Counted from the first letter of the stretch, positions 51,171 to 64,000 are shown. The stretch: DNA of 64,000 bases from Carcharhinus longimanus (GCA_030264375.1 JASCQW010000105.1:54742269-54806268), one strand, 5' to 3'. A program made the numbers and translations. The notes: generated from the sequence alone by a model not told the origin.

Positions 51171-52111
51171 TGGCAGTGATTCTCCCAAAAAAATTCAGAG
51201 TGTTTAATTCATGTGAAAACTTGACGAAATCACATTGTGTTTTTTTCAGTGTGAGTTCAAAAATGAATCTCCTGCCTTCTGTGCACGAGTGTGAATTGTG
51301 CGAATAATCAGTGGGTGGGGCCTATTCCCACCCGGGAGGCTGAGCGAGTCTCTGCGCATGTGCTGATCTGTCAGTGTGAAGATCGGCGCATGCTCAGTGG
51401 GCCCTGTCTGTGGGCCTCCCAATGGCTGGCCAGTTTAATTGCTGGCCCAATCACTGGCCCCTCCATGTGTGTCAAGGCCCCACTCCCAACCCATCTCAAT
51501 CACTGCTCGATTATCCATTCAACGTCCCACCCTGCTGGCTAGCCCCGATCATTGACCTCCCTCCCTCTGCTTGTGATCTGTATGCAGAGTGGCAGCCAGA
51601 CCCCCCCATGATCGCCCCCAGAGGCTCTGCCCCCTGAGCATTACCACTTTGCCCCATGGGCAGTGCCAGGGGACATGGCTGGCACTGCCAGGGTGCCAAA
51701 GCCCAGGGGCACCCCCAACCCATCCCCACACTTGATCTCTAGGGATCTCTTGATTGCCCCTTCCCTTCAATCCAGTCAGGTGGGGCCACTAACTCCCTGA
51801 AAGTAGAGACCTGCTGTAATCCCTCTGGAGTGAAATACTCCAGTGGGCCTGGAGACTTTAGTCCTAGGTCCACTAATTATATTTAAATTAGATTTGCATG
51901 CTCCTTTGCATGCTTAATGGAGCTCTGTGCCTATTTCCGGTGCAGAACTGACAGCATTGGAAATCTGGCTCTAGGAGATGCACTCTGGGCCAGATGCTTG
52001 GTGCGGATCGCTCTAATCCAGCACCGCTGAAATCTCCCAGATGGGAGAATCGTCCCTTCTGTTTTTCTCACTGCAACCAACACTCTGCCAAATTCTGGTA
52101 AGATTGCCCCC
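51171..52111. mobile_element. GC-rich Harbinger-type MITE, opposite orientation
   Basis: Starts ggcagtgattctccc and ends ggtaagattgccccc. The interior is reverse-complementary to motifs in 2614-3313. Confidence 0.6.
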
Positions 52112-53559
52112 AATTAGTCAGGAGCAATATTCCCCCTAAAATGCTTAAGTGCACCTGGTTGTGCAGTAATCTAGAATGTGCCGTACATTGAAATAAACAA
52201 CCTCTTCTGCTCTTTGGGAGAAATTTCCAGCAGAGTAAGTCATGACCTTTAAAAACTAAAAGGCCTATGGCCAAAATGCTCAAAGGAGTTTGTCATCTGC
52301 CAAGAATAAAAAAAATTTAGAAGAAACATTGGCCACCAGTCATTTAAGACTCATCCAGCACTGGAGTACGTCATTGTGGCGAAACCAAACAAGACTGGAG
52401 TAATTCAAATGTACCCTACCTATTTCTACCAGCATAAGATAGCCACAAGATTTACAATTTAGTAGTGCCATTACCTGCACCTGATCTAGGTTTGTGTTGG
52501 GCGATTGTGAAATTTGTCTGTTTTTAGGTGAATATAGTGATGATGGATCCAGCATCTTTTTCAGAACCTCTTGGAAAGATTTGTCAGTGCTGGGTGGAGG
52601 AGGCACTGGAGCTGCCCCACTCAACTTTTCAAGAGTTTGCTGACATCTAACCAGGAATTGCTAACAAACACACATGTTCTTAACAGCTTATTCAATGTCA
52701 AACAAGGAGAAAACTGTACTATGGATCTGCACTGGCATGTGATCGCCCCTCCAGTTCGCATTCCAGCACTCTGCTGCTCTTCCTTCAATTTGTCCTTCCC
52801 TCCAGGCTTACCCGAGGGCAGTCAACACTGAGACAAGTGGCCTAAATTCCATCTGGTCACATTATGGCACTGCTTCTTGGAGGCCTGGCAAACTCAGAAT
52901 TAATTTCTGTTGAGGAAGCTTGTTCTGATTTCCTTGTTTAGTCATGTGCTGGAATCATGTATGATTCACCCACAGGTATAATTAGTGTAGTCTCCCAAGT
53001 GTCAAGGTAAGCTCCCATTATATGGATGTCTGCCAGTACCTCATTAAAAAACACCTCAATCACGACTTCAGTTGTATCATTACACAGTCTGAGTACCTTC
53101 TGATGTGTGGAGCTGCTTTCTGAATGATATTTAATTTGCTGTCTGGACTCAAAGATCGACCTTTGTACACCAACTTCCATTAATGCTATTATCAAATAGA
53201 TACGTCACTGAGCAATTATCCTTCACCAAGAAGCTTTGTTTTCACTTGTGTGGACACGAGATTTCCCATGCAACAAGATTGACATAGATTCATTTCTTTG
53301 TCAGTATAACAGGCAGAACACAACATCTGTGGTGAATGTCATTTTGAACAAAACATCTTTGTGTTTATAGACAATTTGACATTATTATCAAATCCACATA
53401 ATTGCTGTTTCAGTTGTTATAGAAAGGTTTTTACGACATTGATTTTGTTCAGAAACTCAAAGTGGAGAGTTGCTGGAAGTGGAGATGAAGGTATTTCTTA
53501 CTGTCCTATTTCCCAGGCTCCTCACCAAATTGGATAACGCCACGTTTCATTACATGCTC

Positions 53560-54890
53560 TCACCCACTCACACAATGTGTTTAAATCTTTCTGAAACCTC
53601 TTTGTATCATTTTCTGCTTATTTTATCACCTAACATTGTACCAAACTTGGATGCATTACATTAGGTTCCCTCATCTAAAACAATATAAATTGTGGAATAG
53701 CTGAGCGTACACATCCTTGTAATACATTGCTAGTTACATCCCACCAACCTGAAAATGCCCTGTTTATGCCTACTCGCTACTTTCTGTCTATTAACTCCTC
53801 AGTCCATATTAATGTATTACCCCCAGTCCCATGTGATCTAACTTTGTGTGTGGCACCTTATCAGATGCTTTGTGAAAGTACAAATACAGTATATCCACTA
53901 GTCCATTCATTGCCCTTTATCCATTCAATTAGTTACATCTCAAAAAAACACCTTGTTGTCTCTGCTTAATCATGTTATGATTTTCTAAGTACATTGTTAC
54001 CACATGCCTAATAGATTCTAGCATTCTGCCTGCTCCTGATGTTGGGCTAACTGATTTATAGTCTGCTGATATGTCTATTTGCTATCTTGGAAATTGTTCC
54101 AATCTGTAAGGAATTCTGTTAAATCAAAGCCAATGCAACTACTATTTCTGCAGCTACCTCTAGTAAAACCTTAAGATCCATGTTGTCAGATCCAGGGGAT
54201 TTATCATCACTTAGTCTCAAAAGTTTCTTCAGTACTTATACTGACTTCTTTAAATTCCTCATTCTCGCTGAAGTCTTGTTTCTGTGTTGTTTTGGAATGG
54301 TTTTCGTACATTTCACTGTGAAGAAGATTTGTCCATTATTTCTGCCATCCCCTTATTTCCCATTANNNNNNNNNNNNNNNNNNNNNNNNNNNNNNNNNNN
54401 NNNNNNNNNNNNNNNNNNNNNNNNNNNNNNNNNNNNNNNNNNNNNNNNNNNNNNNNNNNNNNNNNATCCCCTTATTTCCCATTATAATTTCACCTGTCCC
54501 TGCCTCTTTTTTGGCACTCATTTTCTTTCACTAATCTCTTCCTGTTTACATACCTATAGGAATGTTTAAAATCTGTCCTCCTTATCTCTTTCCCTTATCA
54601 AGTTCTTGACCCTCTTTTCATGAAATCTTAACTTCAGTCAATCCTCAGGCCTACTTTTTTGACAACAATATAAGCCTCTTTCCTTGACCTAATACTATCT
54701 TTTGCTCCTTCTGTTAGTCACGATTGTACCACTTTTTCTGTGAATTGTATCTTTTGATGCTAGCCGTTGCTTGTCTATTAACATATTTTTCAATGGAGTT
54801 TCCCAATATAGTTTCATCAACTCATCCCTCTTACCTACATAGTTTTCTTTATTTAGATTTAAAACCCTAGTTTTCAGACTTGCGGAGCAG
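53560..54890 (-). mobile_element. Old CR1 LINE ORF2 fragment
   Basis: Reverse-complement CR1 RT-region motifs (gtggcaccttatcagatgctt, gatgttgggctaactgatttatagt, gatccaggggatttatc), and the minus ORF fragment RVLNLNKENYVGKRDELMKLYWE. Confidence 0.6.
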
Positions 54891-55096
54891 GAAAGACCCA
54901 ATATCTCATTCACATTCGCATTTTCCATTATTGCCTGAGTGGAAAAGTAGTATGACAATCATTGTGAGTGAGATCTCCAAGCCTGCTCCACACTGCCTCC
55001 GCTCCTCCACTCAAAAGAAGAGTTCAAAAAATTAGATGCATATATGAGTTCAGTTACGTAAGGATTACAATTTGTAGAGTCGATTACGTAGCATGT

Positions 55097-55400
55097 TGGC
55101 ACAGTGGTTAGCACTGAGGTATCACAGCACCAGGGACCCAAGTTTGATTCCAGCCTGTCTTGATTCTGTCTGTGTGAATGTTGCATGTTCTCCCTGTGTC
55201 TACGTGGGTTTCCACTGGGTACTGTGGTTTCCTCCCACAGTCCGAAGTTGGGTGGTTTAGGTAGATTGACCATGGTGGATGTGTGGGGTTATGGGGATAA
55301 GGCAGAGATGAAGGCCTGGGTGGGATGCTCCTTCGAAACGTCGGTGTGAACTCAATAGGCTGGATGGCCTTTCTCTGCATGGTAGGAATTCTATGATTAA
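55097..55400 (+). mobile_element. tRNA-derived SINE (HE1-like)
   Basis: tggcacagtggttagcactg...cagcaccagggacccaagtttgattcc head, tcctcccacagtcc core and ggaattctatgat tail. Confidence 0.75.
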
Positions 55401-55658
55401 CTTTAACTCAGCTACAAGCAAACAGTGCAGATAGGCATGGCAATGTGCTTTTACCAATATGTGCAATGTGAAAAATAGGCCATACAAACCTTCCCACTGA
55501 TGCAAGTCTGTAGTTGATTAATTAGTCCAGGCCTTTGGAATAATAGACCAGTAAGATAACCAGTACACTACCGTGTTTCTATGTTTATTAAAGTTTTCGT
55601 TCGTTTTTCAGCAGGGTTTAACTTTATTTATATTATCTGTATCTCTTTCTCTGTTTAG

Positions 55659-55748
55659 GATTTTGTGTGTCATTAGTTGAAGAAGAGGGATCACATCAAC
55701 AGATGATTATCACTGATGTAAAAGAAGGTGGTCTGGCTTCATCTAAAG
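55659..55748 (+). CDS. TIAM1: TIAM1 coding exon (PDZ domain)
   Basis: Acceptor ctctttctctgtttAG. Encodes (G)FCVSLVEEEGSHQQMIITDVKEGGLASSK+G. Donor G|gtaatc. 90 nt, phase 1-1. Confidence 0.92.
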
Positions 55749-56420
55749 GTAATCTGGTTCTCTTCAAGTGCACAGTATTAACTTTGAAGTGTTTTCTTTT
55801 TGCCTATCTGTTGCAAAGATCATTTGCAGTTTCTTTCTATTTAGCACAGCATTGTAACTGAACATTATTTGCTTAGGATTCTTCCTTTATATATTTGGGA
55901 AAGATTTGGGGAAATGCAGTTTACTGATAAACCAATCTAAGTTTATGGTTATTGCTTCTTGGACTCAACTGCAGATGCTTATACAAAGCCAAGTTTTTAA
56001 TCTGATACTTCTAAAGAAAATCTAGTGTTATTTTTCAAATATGTTAAATTCTTGTATTCTTAATTTGATTCCTGTCTTAAGTTCATATCAGTACTTTTAT
56101 TCTGGTTATCATTATGGTTTTAATCATTGCAGTCCAACATGTGGCAGAGGCGTTATATAGTGGAAAAAATAGGAAGAAAGCCACTCTTATGAACAAAATT
56201 GAACATCTTTCCTATCTCCTCTGAATTTAATGACTACTAATCATCGAATTCCCAGTTTGATGTTTCCCAACTTAACAAGTCCTACCTGTGGCACAGAGTC
56301 AGAGGTTTACAGTACGGAAACAGGCTGTTCGACCCAACTTGTCCATGCTGCCCCTTCTGCCAAAGAGTGTGCATAAGTAGATGCATTGTTTGCAAATTTC
56401 AATAACTTCATGAATATTCT

Positions 56421-57114
56421 GGGCAGAATTTTCCCAGAAAAAAGTGTTGAATTCACGTGAAAACTGGAGTAATTCCCGCTGCTTTTTTCAGTGGGAGTTT
56501 AGAGAAGAATCTCCCACACTCTGTCACTGCAGAGGCCAACATCATGAATGTTATTTAAAAACTAGGGGGTGGGACCTATCCCCGCTAGAGAGGCTGAAAT
56601 CAGCATGCTGAACAGGCTACTGCGCATGCATCAATCTGTCAATGTCGAGATGCGCAGAGGCCCTGCACTGATGGCCTCAATTATGGCCAGCTCTGCTGGC
56701 TCTCCGCACCCCTTCCTCCCCCACGGCCTGGTCGCTGGCCCCCTGACCATTCCTGGCCAGCCCCGAACTCCTCCCTATTGGCCTGCCCCGATGCCCCGAT
56801 TCCCCAACCCCACACTGATCCCTATGCAGAGGCAGTGGTGCCCTGCTCCCATCTGCCTACCCCTTAGCACTGTCCCGTGCCTGATGGGCAATGTCAAGGT
56901 GTGCCTTGGGCATTGACACTTTTCCCATTGGGTACTGCCAGAGGCATAGGCTGGCATTGCCAGGGTACCAATGCACAGGGGTCACCCCCCACCCCGCTGC
57001 CCGACCCTCTGGGAACCCCCGATTCCCCCTTCACACCAACAGGGTCAGGCCGCTAGTGCTAGTGGTGAGTTACTGTAAACCCTGCCGAAGTGAACCATTC
57101 TGGCAGGGTGGTTG
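56421..57114. mobile_element. GC-rich Harbinger-type MITE (same orientation as 51171), ending at a gap
   Basis: Starts gggcagaattttccca; interior collinear with 51171-51840. Confidence 0.6.
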
Positions 57115-57130
57115 NNNNNNNNNNNNNNNC

Positions 57131-57236
57131 ACTCAAAGGGTCAGCTCTTTTTTCTCCTTGCAGATGCTGCCAGACCTGCTGAGATTTTCCAGCATTTTCT
57201 CTTTGGTTCAGATTCCAGCATCTGCAGTAATTTGCA
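57131..57236 (+). mobile_element. Penelope-derived short element end
   Basis: tcagctcttttttctccttgcagatgctgccagacctgctgagattttccagcattttctc is the reverse complement of 33436-33497. Confidence 0.7.
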
Positions 57237-58599
57237 TTCATTCATTTAAACAGCATCTTTAACATAGTTAAACTTCCTAAGGCATTTCAAAGGAGTATGA
57301 GCCAATAGAATTTGACGCTGACAACCTTCACGAGATATTGGATGAACCTTGGCCTTATCTATTCAGGGATATTTCTAATTCTTGTGTCAAGTTAGCACCA
57401 GTAGACTGGTGCTATAGCATTTCACCTCTTTGATCCCTACAGACTTCAACTTTATCATCTTTGCCACTTGTCCTTCACCAACCTGAGTATAAGGTTATCA
57501 AAGGATAGCTTGACAAAGATGGATTTTTGGTGAATTCCAGTGCAAAGAAGGGAGAGTGATGGCACATTAAGTATTGCAGACAATCTTAGTAGTGTAGGTG
57601 AATAAATCAATTAGTCTTTTTTATTTGTTCATGGGATGTACTGGCAAGATCAGCATTCTTTTACCCTCCTAATTTCCCTTGAAGGCACTTCTGAGCCACC
57701 TGTTGTGCACCTTTCACAGTCCTGTTAAGTTCCAGAATTTTGAGACCGCAACAATGAAATAATGGTGACTTAGAATGGAATTGGACATCTTGGTGTTCCC
57801 ATGTGTTGTTGTCAAAAATTACAACCACTCAAATAGTTCCAATCTTTGACTACAACAGTAACTGGGACTTTATTAACAAATATATTTGAGAGACATAACC
57901 CTGCTCCTCCAAAATATCTGACAGCTACCAAGTCTGAGTAACATATTTATACCTTTTGGTTATCATGCTTATACTATAAATTCTAATAAGCATCACTCTC
58001 CTGGTTGCAGAAGTAATTTAACTAACTGAAGACTGAAGTTTGTGCTTCTTAGCTCACTTCTGCTTACATTAAGTTTGTCATTGTTAGTTTCCCACACCAG
58101 CATGCTAAGAAAGGGCACTAATAACTATTATTTTAAAGCTGTTAATGCTCATTACTACATTTGCCTACTTCAAAGCCAAATGATTTCAATGACCCCACCT
58201 CCCATGTATCAGCTACTTTTGTCCTTTTAAGCTAGTAAAGGCATGGGGTTGGAAAGTGCCATTGATGAAATGTTGATGAGTTACTGCAGTGCATTTTGTA
58301 GATGGTACATAATGGAGATATGGTTCACTAATAGTGAAGGAAGTGAATGTTTAACGTGATAGATGGCAGCTAATCAAGCAAGCTGGTTTGTCCTGCATAG
58401 TGTCATTCCCTTTGGGTGTTGTTGAAGCTGTTCTCATCCAGCTAAGTGGAGAATATTCCATCACATTCCTGACTTGTGCCTTGTAGCTGGTAGAAAGGCT
58501 CCTCAAACTTAATACTAGAGTGAATCTAGAGCAGTTGGGAAAGTGAAGGCAGAGAAAGGATTTTTAAAAAGGGGAAGTTTCTCATGAAAAAAGAATATT

Positions 58600-59200
58600 G
58601 GATTGGCCTTACTTAACGTGTTCCGGATGTCTTGGAGTAAAGTCAATGACTACTGCAGCGCTGATGCTATGTTGGGTGGAAGGACAAAGGTAAATTTTGA
58701 ATTGGAGAGCCAATTGATGTAAGAATGGAAAGAGTAGGTGCTTTTTCAAAGGAAGAGAGCAATGTTTACAGGACTGGAGGTAAATTGGGAAGTGGAAACA
58801 AGGAAGTGAACTATATAAATGATCAGGATCAAGGCGATGCAAGATGTTGTGGATGATTGTGAAAGTGAATTGGAATGCTAGATATAATTTATGAGGACAG
58901 GAGGGCAAAAGGAGTGGAAAGAAATGGATTAGGGTCAAGTCACCAGTAATGTGATGGGCATTTGGCACAATGGCCAAGTGGTATGTAAAGAGCAAAGATC
59001 TAGACATGGAAGTTGTAGAATTGGGAGTAGATTGCTGGCAAAGTCATTGTATGATAAGTGGGGAGAAGCTGAGGTGCTCAAATAAGGAAAAGGTAATTCA
59101 GAGGCAGGGGGAAGATGAGATTGGTCATGATAGGAAATTGTGCACCTAATGAGGATGTATAGTGGACTCAGAGGGAAGTTTAAACTGTATTGATGGGCAG
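58600..59200 (-). mobile_element. Old L2-like fragment
   Basis: Purine-rich + strand resembling the antisense of an L2 RT region, similar to 21900-22500; heavily decayed. Confidence 0.35.
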
Positions 59201-60559
59201 CAGAGAGCTTAGGAAAACAAATAATCCCTTAGAATGACGATTTGAAGAATAATCATTGTGCCAGTTGAAACTGGGCTATTTTGAAGGTTAAGTTCCAAAG
59301 CTGAAATGATCATTTGTCAGATTCATTTTCATTATTGAATAATGCTGCTCTTATAAATGAAAGTCTTGTTGTTAGATTGTGATGTTATCTTCAGTGGGCA
59401 TGCTGTGTCTCATTATTAGTTTTAATTCTTTTTATACATTTTCCTAAATCTTTTTACTGCTTAATCATATACTTTAGGGTTCCACAACAAATGTAGTTTT
59501 CCTGTTCAAAAGATAATTGGAAACATCAATCCAGCTGCAAGAGACTACAGTTCTGCAGCTCCAAATTACAGCAAATACTGATTTCATTCCCAATCTTTTG
59601 GCGGTACACAATTCTAAACTTTCAAAAACCGATTATTCCCTAGAAGTAGATCATATGGATCAAAATGAATGTCAGTCGAGCACAGTGCAGACAGTGAAAC
59701 ATGCACGACCCCCACTGCTTCTGTAAACTGCCTGAGGCCAAATACTGAATGGAGCCTTTTTGTTCTGTAATGCTGTTGCCTGCTATCTTTAGAGTACTGG
59801 CTGTAGTACCCCATTGTGATATTCTACTTAATAGTCATTGAAATTTGTGTTCAGCTTAGCGTGTAGTGGAATCTTGTTCCATCGTGAAAATTGCAAGAAT
59901 TCAGGCCATTCTTTCATGCAGAGGTTGGAGAGCAACGACCTTGTGATTACAACAAACTTTTCAGGTCTTTAATTAATGAATTCCAATCCATTGCTTGAAT
60001 GGACAGTTTCAGCATGCTGGCTAATAATAAATGGGAATTCATTTCTGGGGCATTCTCCATATTCATCACACATGACTTTGGAAGATTTTCAGAAACCATA
60101 GAAAATGACAACAGACACAATTTGGTTCTGGAGAACAACATGGAGCGAAAACCCCAAGCTGTGATAAATAACAGAAGTACTGGAAATATTTGGTAGAGCA
60201 ACCTCTGTTGAGAAAAACAGAGTTCTTGTTTCAGGTCAATGATCTTTTATCAAAACTAGAAAAGGAAAGGGTTATGGTGGCAACAATTGGTTGCCTTGGA
60301 AAAGGATTAGGAATCACGACACAGGATTCATCTGTGTCTGTTCCTTCTGTTCAAGGCAGCAGATCAACTTTGTGCTATTTGCTAATTTATATGATGCAGG
60401 CAGCATTCTTCAGCAGATGGCCCAAAATTGGGAGTGCACCATATTCATTTAGGTGTTAGCACAATTTAAAAGTGGTGGTGCGTTGTGGCTGGAGCATGTG
60501 CTAAATGTCATTGTGGAACTCATTCTGGCATAGAAGAAGGCATGATAATGAAACAACAT

Positions 60560-61800
60560 GTGGATGTGGGGTCCCTAAGATTTTCCACTGCACTGAAGCC
60601 CCTGATCGATGAGCTGTAGAGAAGGAGATATTGGCTCTATCCACTGGGGCCAAGAGGTAGTGGGAACAGATAACTGGTGGTGAATGCCAGGAAGCAAGCC
60701 GTGAGGACATAGATTCAGTACTGCAAAATGTTCAATGATCCCACACTGGTGAGGTTCAGAAGTTTATCTTCAAATGCCACATCACTTCAACTACATTATT
60801 AACCTCAGCAATTGCTCAATACACCACAACGTCCCCACCCTCCCATCACTTACCAACATTCTCTATCAACCTGAATACATAGCTTTACTGTACACGCTTT
60901 GCTGCAAAACTCACACCCACATTTCATAGCTTGCGTACTGTACAACCATGAAAGCCAAGTCGCCCATGGAAATTGCACATCAGTGGTACATTTCCTTTTC
61001 TTTTATTGGACTGGGTAGAACAAAGGAATCGATAAGCACTTATCAGAGGCTTATGTGCTGCTGCATATTCTTAACCCGATGGAGGAGATGGTGCTGATCG
61101 TCAATGTCACAGCTACTGCTGAGGCTGTGGTCGGCAATGAGCCTTAAATGATAGAAGATGATAGTGTCTTCATTCTTGATCCTCCTCACAAAGCACTTGC
61201 AACACATTCCACCATCTCTTCTGATTTAGAAGTTGCAGGTGGTGAAAAATACGCCTCTTATTTCTCCATCGGACCCCCACTCCTCTACTACAGCCTTACC
61301 CATGTGCATTTCTTCTTTCAGATACCCAAGAACTGCAACTAAGCCAGGTAGTAATGGAACAGTAATAAGTGAAAGAACAAGACCACAGAAATAATAAAGA
61401 AACACCATCACACTATTTCTCACTCTCAGTCAACAGTTCCGATACTGATGCTGTGCAAAGTTTAGAGAAGATAACTAAGAGACAGGATCTGCACGTGGTG
61501 TGATCTGAGGTACCAATGACTTGCAGCCAGGCTTGTGGAAAAGGGGTGCCACTTTAGCAGAGGGGCGGGGTGAAGTTGCAAGTCCTTCTGCAGAAGATGT
61601 TGATGAGCACTTTGATAGAGCAAGCTACAGAAGAAAACTGATGGATATGCACAATCAAGTATTTGGTGCAGCAGTAGGTCTGCCCCCTTTGCATGAAATG
61701 CCAAGGATCATGAAGGTGTGCGGCACCAACCTTGCAAATAACTTTGCATTTTGTAGCATTTAAATGGGGACAAGCTCCCTTAGCACACTTGTGAACCCAA
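60560..61800 (+). mobile_element. Fossil PIF/Harbinger Myb/SANT-like protein gene
   Basis: Broken frames read LKPLIDEL*RRRYWLYP, WEQIT and VNARKQAVRT*IQYCKMFND (trihelix Myb/SANT pattern). Downstream is SAEDVDEHFDRASYRRKLMDMHNQV. Confidence 0.55.
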
Positions 61801-62879
61801 ACATGGTGCAGTGCCTGGTGGTTGATGTCTCTAGTTCTTCCCCAATTCTGCTCCAACACTGCAGCGCACGGTCTGAAGAAGACCATGGATATCTTGCTTT
61901 AATTCCTTGAAGGATTGACTTATTTGAATTCTTGCTCTGTTCTCCCTCAACATCTTTCTTTTCTTTGTTTGGAACTATCTCATAATTCATTTTGGTTCCA
62001 AGGTGCCATTGGGTTGGAGGCATTTGTTCCATTTTTCATGATATTTGGGGATAGAACAGCTTAGTGAAAGATTTTTGTCAACCTGTGACTGTAAATCTCT
62101 GTGTTCTGTTGTGGATATTTTGCAGCAGATGTATAACAAATCAGATGTGGCATTGAGAAACACAATAGGTGGATGAACACGAGCCATGGCTGAATTAGTT
62201 TCTTTTGTTCACCAGACACAATCATATGGCCAACAACTGAAGGGGGATTGCTCATGGCCTCTCTAGCCTTATATAGTTCAGGGCAAGGAACAGTTGTGAA
62301 ATCTGTTTGTGAATAAACTGGAAAGTAAATTGAGATCTCTATTACTGCAGCTCCCAGGGAAGACAGTGGATGGCAGCACCATTCAGTTATCACTTATTAA
62401 GCATTAATTTAATATCACGTAAGCTGTCCCATAAACCCCTTGGCTAAGAGACTGCTCTAAATTACGTGCAGTATGAGACTTCATAATCACTGTGACGTTG
62501 CTGTTCTGTATTAACTAAGAAGGTTGCGCTTCAGAGGTATCTGAAAAAGAATAAGGCACAAGGGGCAGAATTTTACAGTCCCATGCCGGTGTGTTTGCAG
62601 GCAGGGTACCTGCAAAGTTCCCCTCGTGGCCTTTCAGCTATTCTCCTGCTCTTCCTGACCTATCCATAATTTTACATAGGGCAGGTAAAGTTTAGGGCAG
62701 TCTGTCTTACCTTGTCCCAGTTGAGGCCTTGAGGGCCACTTCCTCATCTGCCTCAATTTTGAGGCTGGCAGGAGATGTTGAGATGATGGCGGGAAGCCTG
62801 GAAAGTCCCTGCTCAGGCTTTGGACAGAAAGGAGGTTAATGTGCCTCCCACAAGGGCCCCCTTTCCAACCAGGCATTGC

Positions 62880-63420
62880 CCTGAGGAACTCTGCAGTTGT
62901 GTCATGGAGCTGAGATGATTAACTCCCAACAAACACAACCATCTTCCTTTGTGCTTGATACATGGAGAGTTTTTCCCCTGATTCTCATCAACTCCAGTTG
63001 TGCTGGGGCTCCTTAATGCTCCTTCAGTTAAATGCTGTCTTGATGCGCAGGTAAATCACTCTCACTCTCACCTCTTTTGAACATGTTTGAACCAGGGATA
63101 TAAAGAGGCCAGGAGCTTATTGATCCTGGTGGAACGCAAACTGAGCATCAGTGAGCAGGATATTTCTGAGTAATTGCTACTCAGTAGCACTTTTGATGAC
63201 CCTCCGCCCTGCCTTCTATCACCTTGGTAATGAAGAGAGTAGACTGATGGAGCAGTCGTTTATTGGGTTGGATTTGTCCTGTTTCTTGTGTACAGGTCAT
63301 ACCTGGGCAATTTTCCACATTGTCTGGTAGATGCCAGTCTTGTAATATTACTGAAACAGCTTCAGTGGGGCACAGCTAGTATTGGAGCACAATCTTCAGT
63401 ACTATTGCGCAAATGTTGTT
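62880..63420 (-). mobile_element. LINE RT fragment (family of 29240-32150)
   Basis: acaaccatcttcctttgtgct and ggtggaacgcaaactgagcatcagtgagcagg align by eye with 30190-30720. Confidence 0.7.
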
Positions 63421-63906
63421 TGAACCCATAGCTTTTGTAGTATCCAGTATCTTTAGCCAATTCTTGATATTATGTGGGCTGATCCTTTGTTGTTCCTCAA
63501 CTCAAATCAAAAACCTCTTTTTGAACCACTTATATAGTTCTATCCTATACTCGAATGTTCAAGATGAGTAATAAAAAAGAACTAAATATTTGTCATAATT
63601 TTCTATGGATTGAGTTTCTGATGCCAGAGTGACATAGAAGAGTTATGATGCTGTCAGTCGAAATATTGAGAGGTGGATTTTTTTTTTCATGTAAAGCGAA
63701 ATCAGTGAGTGATCCACCCAAGGCTGCTGTCATATCTGCCTCACTCAGATTTTCTCCCAAAGATCTCCTGAACTGGTTATTTGCGTTTATGGCTGCTGAA
63801 ATGCATCTTGAGAGAATAATTTAAAAATAACAATTTTGCCTTTAAGTTTGTAAATTTAAAAACTTTGTAAATTTTTAACAGATTATCTTTTTGCTTCTGC
63901 ATTTAG

Positions 63907-64000
63907 GCCTAAAAGCAGGTGACGAAGTTTTGGAGATTAATAAAATGAAAGCTAAAGATTTGGTTGTTGCTGACCTGAAGGCTATCCTGTCTGCGCCTTC
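63907..64000 (+). CDS. TIAM1: TIAM1 coding exon (PDZ C-terminal part), truncated by the window end
   Basis: Acceptor cttctgcatttAG|GC. Encodes GLKAGDEVLEINKMKAKDLVVADLKAILSAP (human GLKAGDEILEINNRAADALNSSMLKDFLSQP). Confidence 0.92.

Larger units (their letters stand above)
8500..64000 (+). other. TIAM1: TIAM1 gene, partial (first coding exon through the PDZ domain; continues past the window end)
   Basis: Nine exons with GT-AG boundaries and compatible phases translate collinearly with human TIAM1 as I recall it (MGNxESQ...SSSTPSIPQSLA, PHn, RBD, PDZ). The N-terminal motifs and PDZ residues are TIAM1-like rather than TIAM2-like. Confidence 0.95.

Noticed and set aside
1-64000. Prokaryotic systems (CRISPR arrays, operons, defence islands)
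   Set aside because: The sequence is an intron-rich vertebrate locus with no spaced repeat arrays or dense coding.

Overview
Eukaryotic vertebrate DNA, most likely a cartilaginous fish (shark or ray), judged from HE1-type and Deu-type SINEs and abundant CR1, L2 and Penelope fossils. The window carries the 5' half of a TIAM1 gene (Rac1 GEF) on the + strand. Nine coding exons can be read with canonical GT-AG sites and matching phases: 8512-9549, 12445-12886, 17227-17399, 26601-26675, 38827-38994, 46176-46277, 47685-47763, 55659-55748 and 63907->64000. They encode a myristoylated N-terminus, most of the N-terminal PH domain, the Ras-binding domain and the PDZ domain. The exons for the end of the PH domain and the CC-Ex region were not found and probably lie in an assembly gap. 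The introns are dense with decayed transposons, and most entries in the ORF track are spurious. The most notable non-coding observations are: (1) an intact minimal hammerhead ribozyme in a Penelope-like 3' end (1772-1807, - strand), with decayed relatives elsewhere; (2) a TSD-flanked fold-back mini-element of the same Penelope family whose arms stop just short of the ribozyme cleavage site (48577-48872); (3) a near-perfect 412-bp intronic inverted repeat (16388-16799); (4) a GC-rich Harbinger-type MITE family, with a fossil Harbinger Myb/SANT gene. Family calls come from remembered consensus sequences, not database searches, and repeat boundaries are approximate. No clearly new biological system is proven.
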